A stretch of 64,000 bases of DNA from Bacteroidia bacterium (GTDB taxonomy: Bacteria; Bacteroidota; Bacteroidia; 2-12-FULL-35-15), in contig DASWNK010000148.1 in the NCBI GenBank assembly GCA_036399275.1, positions 1,784-65,783 of the forward strand, read 5' to 3'. Shown in pieces: positions 1 to 10,771 of this stretch. The position numbers and the translations under genes are program-made. Under the pieces are notes generated by a model. That model searched no databases. It was not told the DNA's origin and was given only the letters and a program-made list of their open reading frames with translations. Within the stretch, counting starts at the first letter, position 1. Every line of letters begins with the position of its first letter.

Positions 1-4
1 CATT

Positions 5-1264
5 TTACCTTAATTTTAATGTGACGATTGTTAATACTGCGAGCATGATCCCGATGATCCAAAAGCGTGATACAATCTTGGATTCATGCATTCCTAATTT
101 CTGGTAGTGATGATGCAAGGGTGCCATTTTGAACAAACGGTGCTCACGCGCGTACTCTATCCCAAACTTTTTTTTCATTCGTTTGAAATAAGCCACCTGC
201 ATCATTACTGATAAATTTTCCACCAGAAATACACCACATAAAATGGGAATCAAAAGCTCTTTTCGAATCGCGATTGCAAATACAGCAATGATGCCTCCCA
301 ATGCCAGACTGCCTGTATCGCCCATGAATACCTGAGCCGGAAAGGAGTTATACCATAAGAATCCAACACAGGCACCTACGAATGCTGCGATAAAAATTAC
401 CAGCTCGCCGGAATTCGGGATGTACATGATATTGAGATAATCAGCAAAGACGGTATTACCAGAAACATAAGCGAGGATTCCTAACACCACGCCAATGATG
501 GCCGAAGTTCCAGTAGCCAGTCCATCAATTCCATCCGTAATGTTAGCGCCATTCGACACCGCTGTAACAATGAGAATCACAAATGGGATAAAGATCAACC
601 AGGCCCATTTCTCATATCCTTCACCCAGGAATGAAAGCAAGGAGGAATAATCGAATTCATTGTTCTTTACAAAAGGAATGGTCGTTTTCATTGATTTAGT
701 TGGGACCTCAGAGTAAATCGCAATTTGCGTTTCATCGGAGTTATTTACCACATCCATCGTTGGGATTTTCCCTGCAGATATTTTTTCCTTTACTACAACT
801 GAGTCATTGCAATAAAGCGTAATACCTACAATTAAACCAATTCCGATTTGTCCGAGCACTTTGAATTTTCCTGCTAAACCTGCTTTGTTCTTTTTAAACA
901 CCTTAATGTAATCGTCTAAAAAACCTATTGCGCCCAGCCAAACAGTCGACAACAGCATAAGGATGATGTATACGTTATGAAGCTTTGCAAAAAGCAGCGT
1001 CGGGACTACAATCGCAGAAAGAATAATCAATCCGCCCATAGTAGGTGTACCTTTTTTCTCCAGCTGACCTGTTAATCCTAAATCACGAACTGTTTCACCT
1101 ACCTGCTTGCGGTGCAGGAGATTGATAATACGTTTTCCGAACACCAGCGAGATCAGCAGGGATAAGATCAACGCCATCGCCGCCCGGAAAGAGATGTAAT
1201 GAAACACTCCTGCGCCAGGAAAATCAAATTGTTTGTCTAAAAAATCAAATAGGTAGTAGAACAT
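5..1264 (-). CDS. mraY: Phospho-N-acetylmuramoyl-pentapeptide transferase MraY
   Basis: 419-aa polytopic membrane ORF with MraY signatures [10 protein letters not shown] and [11 protein letters not shown]. It sits after murE in dcw gene order. Confidence 0.95.
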   Translation of the reverse strand: MFYYLFDFLDKQFDFPGAGVFHYISFRAAMALILSLLISLVFGKRIINLLHRKQVGETVRDLGLTGQLEKKGTPTMGGLIILSAIVVPTLLFAKLHNVYIILMLLSTVWLGAIGFLDDYIKVFKKNKAGLAGKFKVLGQIGIGLIVGITLYCNDSVVVKEKISAGKIPTMDVVNNSDETQIAIYSEVPTKSMKTTIPFVKNNEFDYSSLLSFLGEGYEKWAWLIFIPFVILIVTAVSNGANITDGIDGLATGTSAIIGVVLGILAYVSGNTVFADYLNIMYIPNSGELVIFIAAFVGACVGFLWYNSFPAQVFMGDTGSLALGGIIAVFAIAIRKELLIPILCGVFLVENLSVMMQVAYFKRMKKKFGIEYAREHRLFKMAPLHHHYQKLGMHESKIVSRFWIIGIMLAVLTIVTLKLR

Positions 1265-1296
1265 TTTAATTCGTTATTTTATTATTCTGAAAACAA

Positions 1297-2760
1297 TTAT
1301 CTTCCAAATAATTTTAAGTTTTCCTGTAGCACTAGCATATCATCGAATGGATGCTTTACTCCTTTTATTTCCTGGTATTTTTCATGTCCTTTTCCTGCCA
1401 CCAGAATAATGTCTCCGGGTTTGGCATAAGAACATGCTGTTTTGATCGCTTCGCTTCTATCGGTAATAGAAATTGTTTTCTTGTGATTTACAGCATCCAC
1501 CCCTTTCTGCATTTCCTTAATAATTGCATCAGGATCTTCGCTACGAGGATTATCAGAAGTAAGAATTACCTTGTTGCTCAGGTCACAGGCGATTTTTGCC
1601 ATCATCGGGCGCTTCGCTGCATCACGATCGCCACCACATCCAACTACCGTAATCACTTGTTCATTTCCTGTCCGGATATCTGCAATGGTCTTTAACACAT
1701 TCAACAAAGCATCCGGTGTATGCGCATAATCTACAATACCTATTCGTCCATCTTCTGTCCGGATGTACTGAAAGCGACCTTCCACGGAGCTCAACGTACT
1801 TAAAGTGGTTAGTACGTTTGTTTTATCCTCTTTTAATAAAATCGCAGTCGCATACACCGCTAATAAATTATAAGCATTAAAGCTTCCAATCAGCTTACTC
1901 CATACTTCCTGATTATCGATGTTCAATAACAAACCACTGAATTGATTCTCTACTATTTTGCATTTGAAATCAGCTATCGAGCGCAAAGAGTAAGTCTTTT
2001 TGGTTGCCCGTGTATTTTGCAGCATGATCTCAGCATTTGCATCATCTCTGTTTGTTAATGCAAATGCGTCGCTTCCCAACTGATCAAAAAATCTCTTTTT
2101 TGCTTTGATGTATTCATCAAATGTTTTATGATAATCCAGATGATCATGCGTAATGTTGGTAAAAACAGCGCCGGTAAAGTGAACGCCTGCAATACGATTT
2201 TGCACTATTGCATGCGAGCTTACTTCCATGAAGCAATGTGTACAACCTTTATCTACCATCTGACGAAGCAACGCATTCAGCTGAATCGCATCAGGAGTTG
2301 TATGCGTGGCAGGCAACACATCATTATTGATTTGATTTTTAACGGTTGAAAGCAAACCCGCTTTATATCCCAGCTTCTTGAAAAGGTTAAACAACAAGGT
2401 AACAGTAGTAGTTTTGCCATTGGTGCCAGTCACACCAACCAATTTTATAGAAGCAGAAGGGTTATCATAAAAATTTCCGGCAATGATTCCCATTGCTACT
2501 GTCGTATCGTTTACTTTTATGTAAGTAATCTTATCATTCAATATTTCAGGGAGCTCTTCACATAAAATTGCAATCGCCCCTTTTACGATAACATCATTTA
2601 TATAGATATGGCCGTCGCTTTGTGTTCCTTTAACGGCAACAAACAAGCTATCCTTTTCGATCTTGCGTGAATCGAAACTGATGCCCATGATCGCCACATT
2701 GGTAGAACCCACCACTTCAATCAAACCAGCTTTATATAATATGTCTTTTAATAATTTCAT
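1297..2760 (-). CDS. murE: UDP-MurNAc-L-Ala-D-Glu:meso-diaminopimelate ligase MurE
   Basis: 487-aa Mur ligase with P-loop GVTGTNGKTTT and the DNPR motif (SDNPRSEDP) typical of DAP-adding MurE. Located between ftsI and mraY. Confidence 0.93.
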   Translation of the reverse strand: MKLLKDILYKAGLIEVVGSTNVAIMGISFDSRKIEKDSLFVAVKGTQSDGHIYINDVIVKGAIAILCEELPEILNDKITYIKVNDTTVAMGIIAGNFYDNPSASIKLVGVTGTNGKTTTVTLLFNLFKKLGYKAGLLSTVKNQINNDVLPATHTTPDAIQLNALLRQMVDKGCTHCFMEVSSHAIVQNRIAGVHFTGAVFTNITHDHLDYHKTFDEYIKAKKRFFDQLGSDAFALTNRDDANAEIMLQNTRATKKTYSLRSIADFKCKIVENQFSGLLLNIDNQEVWSKLIGSFNAYNLLAVYATAILLKEDKTNVLTTLSTLSSVEGRFQYIRTEDGRIGIVDYAHTPDALLNVLKTIADIRTGNEQVITVVGCGGDRDAAKRPMMAKIACDLSNKVILTSDNPRSEDPDAIIKEMQKGVDAVNHKKTISITDRSEAIKTACSYAKPGDIILVAGKGHEKYQEIKGVKHPFDDMLVLQENLKLFGR

Positions 2761-2762
2761 TG

Positions 2763-4877
2763 TCAGATCAATTGCAAAATGATTTGTGCGCCTTTAATAA
2801 AACTTGTTCCTGCATTGAGTGATTGCGATGTAACCGCACCACTGCCAATCAGTTTAACACGCATCCCGTTGTTCTCGAGAAGATAAAGAACATCACGTGC
2901 CGTCATTCCGTACAGGTTAGGAACAATGCCACGCTTCAGCGCTTCTTCCGTATTTTTTGCCGCGAGGGAAACAGATGTTGAATCCATCATCGCAGTGGAA
3001 ACCCATTCTGCTTTATCGTCATTCGTATTGTTTTTCACTTTCAACACCGATAAAATATTCTTGATTTCGGGCTGATAGCCATACTTTACAGCAGGCGCGC
3101 CTTTCGCATATGCCGGTTGCACAGCATTGATTTCTTTGTGGATTTCCAGGCTGGTAGAATATACTTTATCCGCCACATCCTTAAATACAGGCCCTGCCAC
3201 AGCACCACCATAATATGAATCGCCGCTTGGTGCGCTTACCACCACAATACAGGCATACTTTGGGTTATCGGCAGGAAAATACCCAACAAAAGAAGCCTGA
3301 TAAGTCATCTTGCCATTCACAATTCCCATCTGAGCTGTCCCTGTTTTCCCTGCGATTTGATAATCGGCCGCCTTCAAGCTCTTTGCCGTCCCGTTCAGCA
3401 CCACACCCTCCATCATCTTCTTCGCCTTCTCAACCGTTGATTTAGAACAGACCGCCGGGTTAATGATTTCCGGCTCAAAAACCTTAATCGATTTTCCACG
3501 GTTACGGATCTCTTTAACAAACATAGGGCGCATCATCTTTCCGTCGTTTGCAACTGCAGCATAAAAATTCAAAATCTGCAATGGGGTAATGCGACTTTCA
3601 TATCCGTAACTGATCCATTGCAAAGAGATCTTCGACCAGCTTTTATCATCCGTATTCTTAATGTATGGCTTGCCTTCGCCCGGAATAGGTATATTCAAAG
3701 GATCATTCAGATTCATTTTATACAAGCGATCGATGTATTTCTGAGGATCTTTAGCATAATATTTTGAAATGATCTTTGTTACTCCAACATTGGATGATAG
3801 CTCAAACACTTCCTGGACCGTGATCCTGCTTTTTTCGGGAGGATGCGAATCGGCAACCCGCTCATTACTATAATAACAAACACCATCACCTATGTCAACT
3901 ATTTCATTCAGACTTACATTAAAATCTTCCATCACCGCCACTAATGAAGGCAGCTTGAACGTTGATCCAGGAACCTGTGCATCAGCTAAAGCATAATTCA
4001 AATTCTCCACATAAGATGAGTCTTTACTTCGCTTCAGATTTGCAATTGCCTTTACTTCCCCTGTTTTTATTTCCATCAAAACCAGGCAGCCGTGATCAGC
4101 ACCATGTTTTCTCAAGGATTTCAATAAGGAATTTTCCGCCACGTCCTGCACATTGATGTCGATGGTAGAAACGATATCATCACCATCTTCCGGATCAATC
4201 TCATTCTCATCATTGATGGGTCGCCAAACATTTCCCGCGATCTTTTGCATCCAACGATGGCCGCTTGTTCCCATCAGCACGCTGTCAAAAGCCTTCTCTA
4301 ATCCATAGGATTTTCCAGTTCCATTTTCATTCAATTTCCCGATGGTTCTTGCGGCTAGAAACTGAAAGGGCCGTTCGCGTTTATTGGTTTGCAGATAAAC
4401 AAAACCTCCACGATTTTTCCCTCTTCTGAGAATGGGGAATTTTTTCATTTTCTGCAGATCCGTGTAGGAAACATTTCGCTGCAGAACCACCCATCGATCA
4501 CCATTCCGGCGGGCCTTCTGAAGTTGCTTTTTGTAGGTTTTGCTGGTTTTATCTTTAAATAAATTGGCAAGACAAATGGCTAATGAATCCACTTCTTGGT
4601 CAAATATTTTATCGGTGATAGCATCGGTGTTCACATCCATGCCTGTTTCGAAATAGGGCAATGAGGTTGCCAATAAGCTTCCATTGGCATCATAAATGTT
4701 GCCACGTACTGCTTCAATATCAAACTCCTTTGTTGAAAACCTTTCCGCTCTGGCTCTTAGCTCATCGCCTTCGGAAAATTGGATGAGACATATTTTGGAA
4801 ATAATAGCGACACCGAAGAGGCATATAAAAAAATATATGAGATATACACGCCACAGTATGTCTTTTTTAACTTCCAA
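2763..4877 (-). CDS. ftsI: Class B penicillin-binding protein / FtsI-type transpeptidase with C-terminal PASTA-like domain
   Basis: 704 aa with an N-terminal TM anchor. Transpeptidase motifs STFK, SSN and KTGT are present. dcw context; its stop lies 2 nt from the murE start. Confidence 0.9.
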   Translation of the reverse strand: MEVKKDILWRVYLIYFFICLFGVAIISKICLIQFSEGDELRARAERFSTKEFDIEAVRGNIYDANGSLLATSLPYFETGMDVNTDAITDKIFDQEVDSLAICLANLFKDKTSKTYKKQLQKARRNGDRWVVLQRNVSYTDLQKMKKFPILRRGKNRGGFVYLQTNKRERPFQFLAARTIGKLNENGTGKSYGLEKAFDSVLMGTSGHRWMQKIAGNVWRPINDENEIDPEDGDDIVSTIDINVQDVAENSLLKSLRKHGADHGCLVLMEIKTGEVKAIANLKRSKDSSYVENLNYALADAQVPGSTFKLPSLVAVMEDFNVSLNEIVDIGDGVCYYSNERVADSHPPEKSRITVQEVFELSSNVGVTKIISKYYAKDPQKYIDRLYKMNLNDPLNIPIPGEGKPYIKNTDDKSWSKISLQWISYGYESRITPLQILNFYAAVANDGKMMRPMFVKEIRNRGKSIKVFEPEIINPAVCSKSTVEKAKKMMEGVVLNGTAKSLKAADYQIAGKTGTAQMGIVNGKMTYQASFVGYFPADNPKYACIVVVSAPSGDSYYGGAVAGPVFKDVADKVYSTSLEIHKEINAVQPAYAKGAPAVKYGYQPEIKNILSVLKVKNNTNDDKAEWVSTAMMDSTSVSLAAKNTEEALKRGIVPNLYGMTARDVLYLLENNGMRVKLIGSGAVTSQSLNAGTSFIKGAQIILQLI

Positions 4878-4882
4878 CGATC

Positions 4883-5296
4883 TTAATCTACTTGAGGGTT
4901 TGTATTAACTGTTTGTACTATAATTTTTTTAGGAGGCACCACCGACTCCTTTATTCCTGTTGACTGATTGGCCAATGCTTTTGCTACTTCTGTTTGTTTA
5001 CTTTTTACTACCAATGAATCCTTCACAACAATGTATTGCGTTCGCAATTCCTTTATTTCATTTGTTAAGCGGTTTAGTTTCCTAACCTGATCATCATCAT
5101 AATAGCCCTTTGCGATATAACAGACTGCTAGGAATGACAAGAAAAAAATGAAAGGCAAATTCTTGATGGTTGTTTCTTTGGAGAGAAAACTTCCGCTCAC
5201 CACATTGGCTACAGAACGTACCACCTTATTTTCCTTTACAGGCTTTACGGCTTTCGGCTCTTCAACTTTTGTTTGTTCTTTGAATTTATTTCCCAT
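4883..5296 (-). CDS. FtsL-like cell division protein (Bacteroidota type)
   Basis: 137 aa with a single central TM helix followed by a coiled-coil-like segment. It occupies the conserved slot between rsmH and ftsI. Confidence 0.6.
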   Translation of the reverse strand: MGNKFKEQTKVEEPKAVKPVKENKVVRSVANVVSGSFLSKETTIKNLPFIFFLSFLAVCYIAKGYYDDDQVRKLNRLTNEIKELRTQYIVVKDSLVVKSKQTEVAKALANQSTGIKESVVPPKKIIVQTVNTNPQVD

Positions 5297-5366
5297 TTTT
5301 AATCAGTAGGCAATTTTTCAATCAGCAATTCAACTATAGATGTATTACTTGCTGCGGAATTCTCCA

Positions 5367-6263
5367 TTATTTTTTCTCTGCTATTCTTAATTTTGCACTC
5401 CTTGCCCTACTGTTCGCTTCATTTTCTTTTTCGCTTGGCACAATTGGCTTCCGCGTGATCTGCTTAAGAGGCGTTAACTGATTACCAAAAAAATCCTTTT
5501 CCACTTCCCCTTCAAACTTGCCGCTTCTCATGATATTCTTTACTAACCTGTCTTCGAGCGAATGATAGGAAATCACGACTAATCTTCCGCCCGGCTTCAA
5601 TACTTCCAGGCTTTGCAGCAACAGCTCCTGCAGCACTTCCATTTCTTTATTAACTTCTATTCGCAACGCCTGAAACACTTGCGCGTAATATTGATTCTCA
5701 CGCCCCTTTTTCACACACTTGGTAATCATTACTTTCAAATCATTCACCGTCACAATTGCCTTATCCTTTCTATTGTGAAAAATGATAGAAGCCAAATAGC
5801 CGGCATTGTCCACTTCACCATACAATCTAAAAATGCGTTTCAGCTCCTCTTCACTATAAGTGTTCAGCACATCAGCTGCCGTTAGCTTTGCATTCTGATC
5901 CATCCGCATATCGAGTTTCGCCTCAAACCGGGTGGAAAACCCTCGGTCAGCTTCATCAAACTGATGCGATGAAACGCCGAGATCTGCCAGCAAGCCATCA
6001 ATCGGCAAAGCGTTATACATTTTCAAAAAATTCTTCAGGTACCTGAAGTTTTGTTTGATCAGCACAAAACGCTCGTCGTCAATTTTGTTCTTCACAGCAT
6101 CTTCGTCCTGATCAAATGCGTACAGCTTACCTGTAGTCAGATGCTTTAGAATTTCACGGGAATGACCGCCGCCACCAAATGTCACATCCACATATATTCC
6201 TTCAGGATTAATGTTTAAGCCTTCAATACATTCTTTTAAAAGAACCGGGTTATGATACTCCAT
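5367..6263 (-). CDS. rsmH: 16S rRNA (cytosine1402-N4)-methyltransferase RsmH (MraW)
   Basis: Motifs HNPVLLKECIEGL and DVTFGGGGHS. I prefer the internal ATG at 6263 (MEYHNPVLL) to the ORF-track start at 6296. With that start the gene overlaps the mraZ stop by 14 nt. Confidence 0.92.
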   Translation of the reverse strand: MEYHNPVLLKECIEGLNINPEGIYVDVTFGGGGHSREILKHLTTGKLYAFDQDEDAVKNKIDDERFVLIKQNFRYLKNFLKMYNALPIDGLLADLGVSSHQFDEADRGFSTRFEAKLDMRMDQNAKLTAADVLNTYSEEELKRIFRLYGEVDNAGYLASIIFHNRKDKAIVTVNDLKVMITKCVKKGRENQYYAQVFQALRIEVNKEMEVLQELLLQSLEVLKPGGRLVVISYHSLEDRLVKNIMRSGKFEGEVEKDFFGNQLTPLKQITRKPIVPSEKENEANSRARSAKLRIAEKK

Positions 6264-6735
6264 CTTTGTTATCGTTGGTTGAAGGGGTGATTCCACCCAT
6301 TACATCTTCAGCAAGTTTTTCAAAGTTTGCAGTACTTGTATTTATAAATTTCTCGTATGCCTTCTTATCCCAGATCTCTACACGATCGCCGGCTGCAGCC
6401 ATCACAATATTTTTGCTCATTCCGGCAAACGTCATCATGTCTTTCGAAATCAGTAACCGACCGGAAGCGTCCAGATCAACCGGCACAACACCGTAGTTGA
6501 ACATTCTAATGAACTCTACATTCTTCTTCACAAATTTGTTAAGCTTGTTCACTTCCTTCACCATTTCGTTCCAGGTCGCCATCGGATAAAGCTCAAGCGA
6601 CTTGCTGAAAATGCTGCGCTTCATCACAAAACCGCCCTTCAGCTGCTTGGTCAGCTGCTTTTTGAATGCAACAGGAAGCATGACGCGTCCCTTCGCATCA
6701 GCATTGCATTCATATACACCAAACAGGCTGTTCAT
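6250..6735 (-). CDS. mraZ: Transcriptional regulator MraZ
   Basis: 161 aa with two MraZ/SpoVT-AbrB half-domains carrying DxKGR-type motifs (ADAKGRVMLP, LDASGRLLIS). First gene of the dcw cluster. Confidence 0.93.
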   Translation of the reverse strand: MNSLFGVYECNADAKGRVMLPVAFKKQLTKQLKGGFVMKRSIFSKSLELYPMATWNEMVKEVNKLNKFVKKNVEFIRMFNYGVVPVDLDASGRLLISKDMMTFAGMSKNIVMAAAGDRVEIWDKKAYEKFINTSTANFEKLAEDVMGGITPSTNDNKDGVS

Positions 6736-6772
6736 TGTGATTCAATTCTTTAAGCCGTAAAAATAAAAACAA

Positions 6773-6821
6773 TTTTCCCACTTTTTACCACAATTTACCA
6801 CTTTGTTGAAAACTTTCCCAT
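6773..6821 (-). promoter_or_regulatory. Candidate MraZ operator: 10-bp phased GTGG(G/T)AAA direct repeats upstream of mraZ
   Basis: On the mraZ sense strand the sequence reads AGTGGTAAATT GTGGTAAAAA GTGGGAAAAT (plus-strand 6773-6801). A fourth ATGGGAAAG lies at 6813-6821. The nearest repeat is 38 nt upstream of the mraZ ATG. Confidence 0.55.
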
Positions 6822-7033
6822 TCCAAACAATTTTTACGAATGAAAATCAGTTAAAATTTCAGCGAATCTATTTTTCAAAAATGGTTCACATAGGCTTTCA
6901 ATAAAGGAGCACACAAAAATTCATCGAAAGCCGAAAAAGATAAAAAGCATATGGTGGGAGAAAAACCTAGGTCTAAGAACTTCCTGAAACCCGACGGAAA
7001 TGACCTTCTCTCATTCGAAATGAAAAACTATCT

Positions 7034-8353
7034 TTGAGCGTGCTAAAAAAAATCACATACACCTGTTCCGACGTCAATTCAATCGTCAATATTGAAAGGC
7101 TAAACGAACGTTTTAACCGCGTATGTGTGTTTGATTCAAATCCTGATGTAAACGATCAAAAGCACATCGCGTCTTCGAAAATCATTGCTTTGGGCACAAT
7201 CCGCGAGTTGATCGTAAAACAACCCTATGCTTGTCTCGAAGAACTTGAGCAATTTTCCAATAAAAAACGAGGCTGGCTATTCGGATACCTGGCCTATGAT
7301 CTCAAGAATCCCATCGAGCAATTGGAATCTAAGAATAAAGACAGGCTTGAATTCCCATTGATCCATTTTTTTGAGCCAAAAGTGACGATACAAATTACAG
7401 GCAATGCATCGAACGTTTTTTTTGATGATGAATTTGTTTCAGAAAAAGAAGCAAAGGACATTTATGAAGACTGCTTTTCCGCCGCCGAGATTGTTACTGA
7501 AAATGATGTTCCGATCATTATTCAGGCTACACTTAGCAAAGAGGACTACATCGATGCAGTGAACAAACTAAAATCACACATCAAGAAAGGTGACATCTAC
7601 GAAATTAATTTCTGCCAGGAATTTTATGCGGAGAATGTTTCTGTAAATACTGCTTCCGTTTTTGAAAAACTAAATGCTATCTCCTCTGCGCCTTTTTCGG
7701 CATACGGAAAATTTGGCGCACAGTATTTACTTTGTGCAAGCCCGGAACGATTTCTGCGAAAACGCTCCAACAGTCTTATTTCACAACCTATCAAAGGCAC
7801 GATCAGGCGCTCGAAAAACAAGCAGGAAGATGATGAACTAAAAAAAGAATTACGAAACAACGGCAAAGAACAAAGTGAAAATGTAATGATCGTCGACCTC
7901 GTAAGAAACGATCTTTCGCGCATTGCTAAGAAAGGCACTGTGGAAGTGAAAGAACTCTTTGGAATCTATACTTTCAAACAAGTACACCAAATGATCTCCA
8001 CCATCAGTTGCGAATTAAAAGAAGGCGTTTCTTTTACGGAGATTCTGAAAAGTACGTTTCCCATGGGCTCCATGACCGGGGCCCCAAAAGTTAATGCAAT
8101 GAAGCTGATCGAACAATACGAGAGCAGTAAGCGCGGTTTGTACTCCGGTGCAATTGGCTATATTTCTCCTGAAGGAGATTTTGATTTTAATGTGGTGATT
8201 CGAAGCATCCTTTATAATGCTGAAAAGAAAGCCTTGTCGTTCATGGTAGGAAGCGCCATCACTGACAAAGCTGACGCTGAGCAGGAATACGAAGAATGTC
8301 TGCTGAAAGCAAAAGCCATGTTTGAAGCATTAGGAACAACTATTAATCAATAG
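7034..8353 (+). CDS. pabB: Aminodeoxychorismate (or anthranilate) synthase component I family protein
   Basis: 439 aa with chorismate-binding enzyme motifs PIKGTIRRS and PMGSMTGAPK. The short N-terminal domain favours PabB over TrpE. The ORF-track start is TTG, so the exact start is uncertain. Confidence 0.78.
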   Translation: MSVLKKITYTCSDVNSIVNIERLNERFNRVCVFDSNPDVNDQKHIASSKIIALGTIRELIVKQPYACLEELEQFSNKKRGWLFGYLAYDLKNPIEQLESKNKDRLEFPLIHFFEPKVTIQITGNASNVFFDDEFVSEKEAKDIYEDCFSAAEIVTENDVPIIIQATLSKEDYIDAVNKLKSHIKKGDIYEINFCQEFYAENVSVNTASVFEKLNAISSAPFSAYGKFGAQYLLCASPERFLRKRSNSLISQPIKGTIRRSKNKQEDDELKKELRNNGKEQSENVMIVDLVRNDLSRIAKKGTVEVKELFGIYTFKQVHQMISTISCELKEGVSFTEILKSTFPMGSMTGAPKVNAMKLIEQYESSKRGLYSGAIGYISPEGDFDFNVVIRSILYNAEKKALSFMVGSAITDKADAEQEYEECLLKAKAMFEALGTTINQ

Positions 8354-8357
8354 AAAA

Positions 8358-9692
8358 ATGCATCAAGACTTGCTTAACTATATTACAGAAGAGAAACTGT
8401 TCGGCCCGGCAGATAAAGTGCTATTGACTGTTAGCGGCGGAATAGATTCCGTTGTGATGTGCGCACTATTTCATAAAGCCGGATTATCATTTGGAATTGC
8501 TCATTGCAATTTTCAACTAAGGGGCGAAGAAAGCGAAGCAGATGAATTATTAACAGAGGAACTGGCAGAGAAATACGGTGTGCAATTTCACTCCATTTCG
8601 TTTGACACCTCAGCCGTTGCAAAAAAAAACAAGCTGTCGATACAAGCCGCTGCAAGACAATTACGTTATCAGTGGTTTGAAGAAATCAGGGAACAATATA
8701 AATACAAAGCCATTGCGACTGCACATCACCAGGACGATTCCGTTGAAACATTTTTTATTAATCTGGTTCGCGGAACGGGTATTTCGGGCCTGCATGGTAT
8801 TTTACCAAAACAAGGAAAAATAATCCGCCCGATGCTTTTTACTACAAAGAAGGCCATTGAAGCATATGCAAAGAAAAACAAAATCAAATACAGGGAAGAC
8901 AGCAGCAATGCCTCTGATAAATACGCACGGAATAAGATCCGGCATCACCTCATCCCTGTTCTAAAGGAGCTTAACCCCAATCTGGAACAAACTATCCAGG
9001 AAGATATCCAGCGCCTGCACGAAACAGAGATCATTTATAAAAAAGAAATCGACAGAGAACGTTCTCAATTGCTGAAAGAAACAAAAGGTGGAATTACGAT
9101 TTCTATTGAAAAATTAAAGAAGCTAAATCCATTGTCTGCTTATTTATATGAATTTCTGAAAACATATCATTTTAATGGAAGCCATGTAAAGGATGTTATT
9201 CATTCCCTGAATGGAATTTCGGGCAAACAATTTTTTTCGGAGACGCACCGGCTGATCAAAGACAGGAGAGAATTGATCATAGAACCGATAAACCGGAAGG
9301 AGGAAGCGAAAGAAGGTAAGAAGGTCCTGATCAGCGAAAACAGCAAAGCAATAATTGTTGATGGCAAGAAAATTATCTTTCACTCCGTAAAAGCAGAAAA
9401 ACACCAAGTAAAAAAAAGCAATACTTGCGCAAACCTTGATTTTGATTTACTGACCTTTCCTTTGGAGATCCGAAAGTGGAAAACCGGAGATGCATTCTAT
9501 CCTTTAGGAATGAGGGGCAAAAAAAAATTAAGTGATTTTTTCATTGATAGGAAATTCTCACTGGATCGGAAAGAGAATATATGGCTGCTCACTTCGGCAG
9601 GGAAGATCGTTTGGGTGATCGGAGAAAGAATTGATGACCGGTTTAAAATCACAGATAAAACGAGTAAAATTTATTTTGCCGAACAGGTTTAG
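8358..9692 (+). CDS. tilS: tRNA(Ile)-lysidine synthase TilS
   Basis: 444 aa with the PP-loop SGGIDSVVM near the N-terminus and a TilS C-terminal domain. Starts 4 nt after pabB. Confidence 0.9.
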   Translation: MHQDLLNYITEEKLFGPADKVLLTVSGGIDSVVMCALFHKAGLSFGIAHCNFQLRGEESEADELLTEELAEKYGVQFHSISFDTSAVAKKNKLSIQAAARQLRYQWFEEIREQYKYKAIATAHHQDDSVETFFINLVRGTGISGLHGILPKQGKIIRPMLFTTKKAIEAYAKKNKIKYREDSSNASDKYARNKIRHHLIPVLKELNPNLEQTIQEDIQRLHETEIIYKKEIDRERSQLLKETKGGITISIEKLKKLNPLSAYLYEFLKTYHFNGSHVKDVIHSLNGISGKQFFSETHRLIKDRRELIIEPINRKEEAKEGKKVLISENSKAIIVDGKKIIFHSVKAEKHQVKKSNTCANLDFDLLTFPLEIRKWKTGDAFYPLGMRGKKKLSDFFIDRKFSLDRKENIWLLTSAGKIVWVIGERIDDRFKITDKTSKIYFAEQV

Positions 9693-9711
9693 TTTATAAC
9701 TTTGATGTCCT

Positions 9712-10251
9712 ATGCAAGACGAGATCCTTTTTGAAGAAAAACAATACATCGGCTATAATAAATGGTCGATACTCTGGCGCACCGTTCTGGCAATGTTTTG
9801 TTTTATACTTTATTATTGGAGTGAAAACCCTAAGCCGGTTGATGTGGCAGTAATAGAACTCCCTTCTTCGCCTGTGGGAGAAGATTCGGGCCAGCTGTTT
9901 TTCTTGATGGGTATTGTATTAATGACACTCTCGCTGATCCTGATCTTTGTACTGCACATTCACACAAAAGTGATCGGCAACAGCCTGATCCTTGATGGCT
10001 TGTGGACCTCCCGAAAGGTGAAGATCGAAATAAGCAATATCGTGGATGTAAAAAAAGTAAAGTATAGTAAATACCTTTTGAATCGTCCGGTTTACAACCT
10101 GCACTATAAAAACAAAATCCGTTTTTTCACCCAAGGCAATGATGCTCTGGAGCTTACCGACAAGGATGGCTTAAAATACCGCATCGGAACCCAGAAGCCG
10201 GATGAATTCTACAAAATCCTGACGGGCCTGCTTTCAAAGTATAAGGATTAA
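9712..10251 (+). CDS. Hypothetical membrane protein (two TM helices plus soluble C-terminal domain)
   Basis: 179-aa ORF with two clear hydrophobic helices. No family recognised by eye. Confidence 0.55.
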   Translation: MQDEILFEEKQYIGYNKWSILWRTVLAMFCFILYYWSENPKPVDVAVIELPSSPVGEDSGQLFFLMGIVLMTLSLILIFVLHIHTKVIGNSLILDGLWTSRKVKIEISNIVDVKKVKYSKYLLNRPVYNLHYKNKIRFFTQGNDALELTDKDGLKYRIGTQKPDEFYKILTGLLSKYKD

Positions 10252-10338
10252 AAAAACTATTTTATTGTAACGCAAATCCTATTTGACCGTACAATGATAA
10301 TGTGTACTCGATTAAACTAAACATTAAACTGCTTCATT

Positions 10339-10635
10339 ATGACAAATGCCACTAACACATCGCCTGAATCTATTGACAAAGAAGATATCAGCGGACTGAA
10401 ATTCCCTGATACCGATGTACTTAAAACAAAAGAGGCCATAAGAGCCAGGAATACGGATCTGGAGAGAGCTTTAAAGCTTGGTAACCTAGAGCATAACAAG
10501 ATAAAAATTGTATTTGAAGATTCCGAAGGGATCAAGCAAGTGAACACCACTGTATGGGGCGTGACCGACAAACGCGTGATTTTAAAGCAAGGTGTTGTAA
10601 TTCCCATCCATAGAATACATGAAGTAAACGTATAA
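10339..10635 (+). CDS. Hypothetical small protein
   Basis: 98-aa ORF followed by a strong terminator at 10697-10727 on the same strand. Its composition is more protein-like than the overlapping minus-strand ORF 10317-10676. Confidence 0.5.
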   Translation: MTNATNTSPESIDKEDISGLKFPDTDVLKTKEAIRARNTDLERALKLGNLEHNKIKIVFEDSEGIKQVNTTVWGVTDKRVILKQGVVIPIHRIHEVNV

Positions 10636-10696
10636 CCCCAGCCCTGTTTATGGTTTTCAACAAAACCAGCGATCAATTACTAATAATATTTTGAAA

Positions 10697-10727
10697 ATAG
10701 CCCCGGTATATCGGGGCTATTTTTTTA
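10697..10727 (+). terminator. Rho-independent terminator
   Basis: ATAGCCCCG / CGGGGCTAT 9-bp stem with a 6-nt loop, followed by a T-run. Confidence 0.8.
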
Positions 10728-10771
10728 TCTTTACCTCAAGTCAATTTAAAAGCCATATCAAAAATTGCTGT

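Noticed and set aside
10317-10676. 119-aa minus-strand ORF overlapping the 98-aa plus-strand ORF
   Set aside because: The plus-strand ORF is followed by a strong same-strand terminator and has a more protein-like composition. The two ORFs cannot both be real over the full overlap. Confidence in either remains modest.
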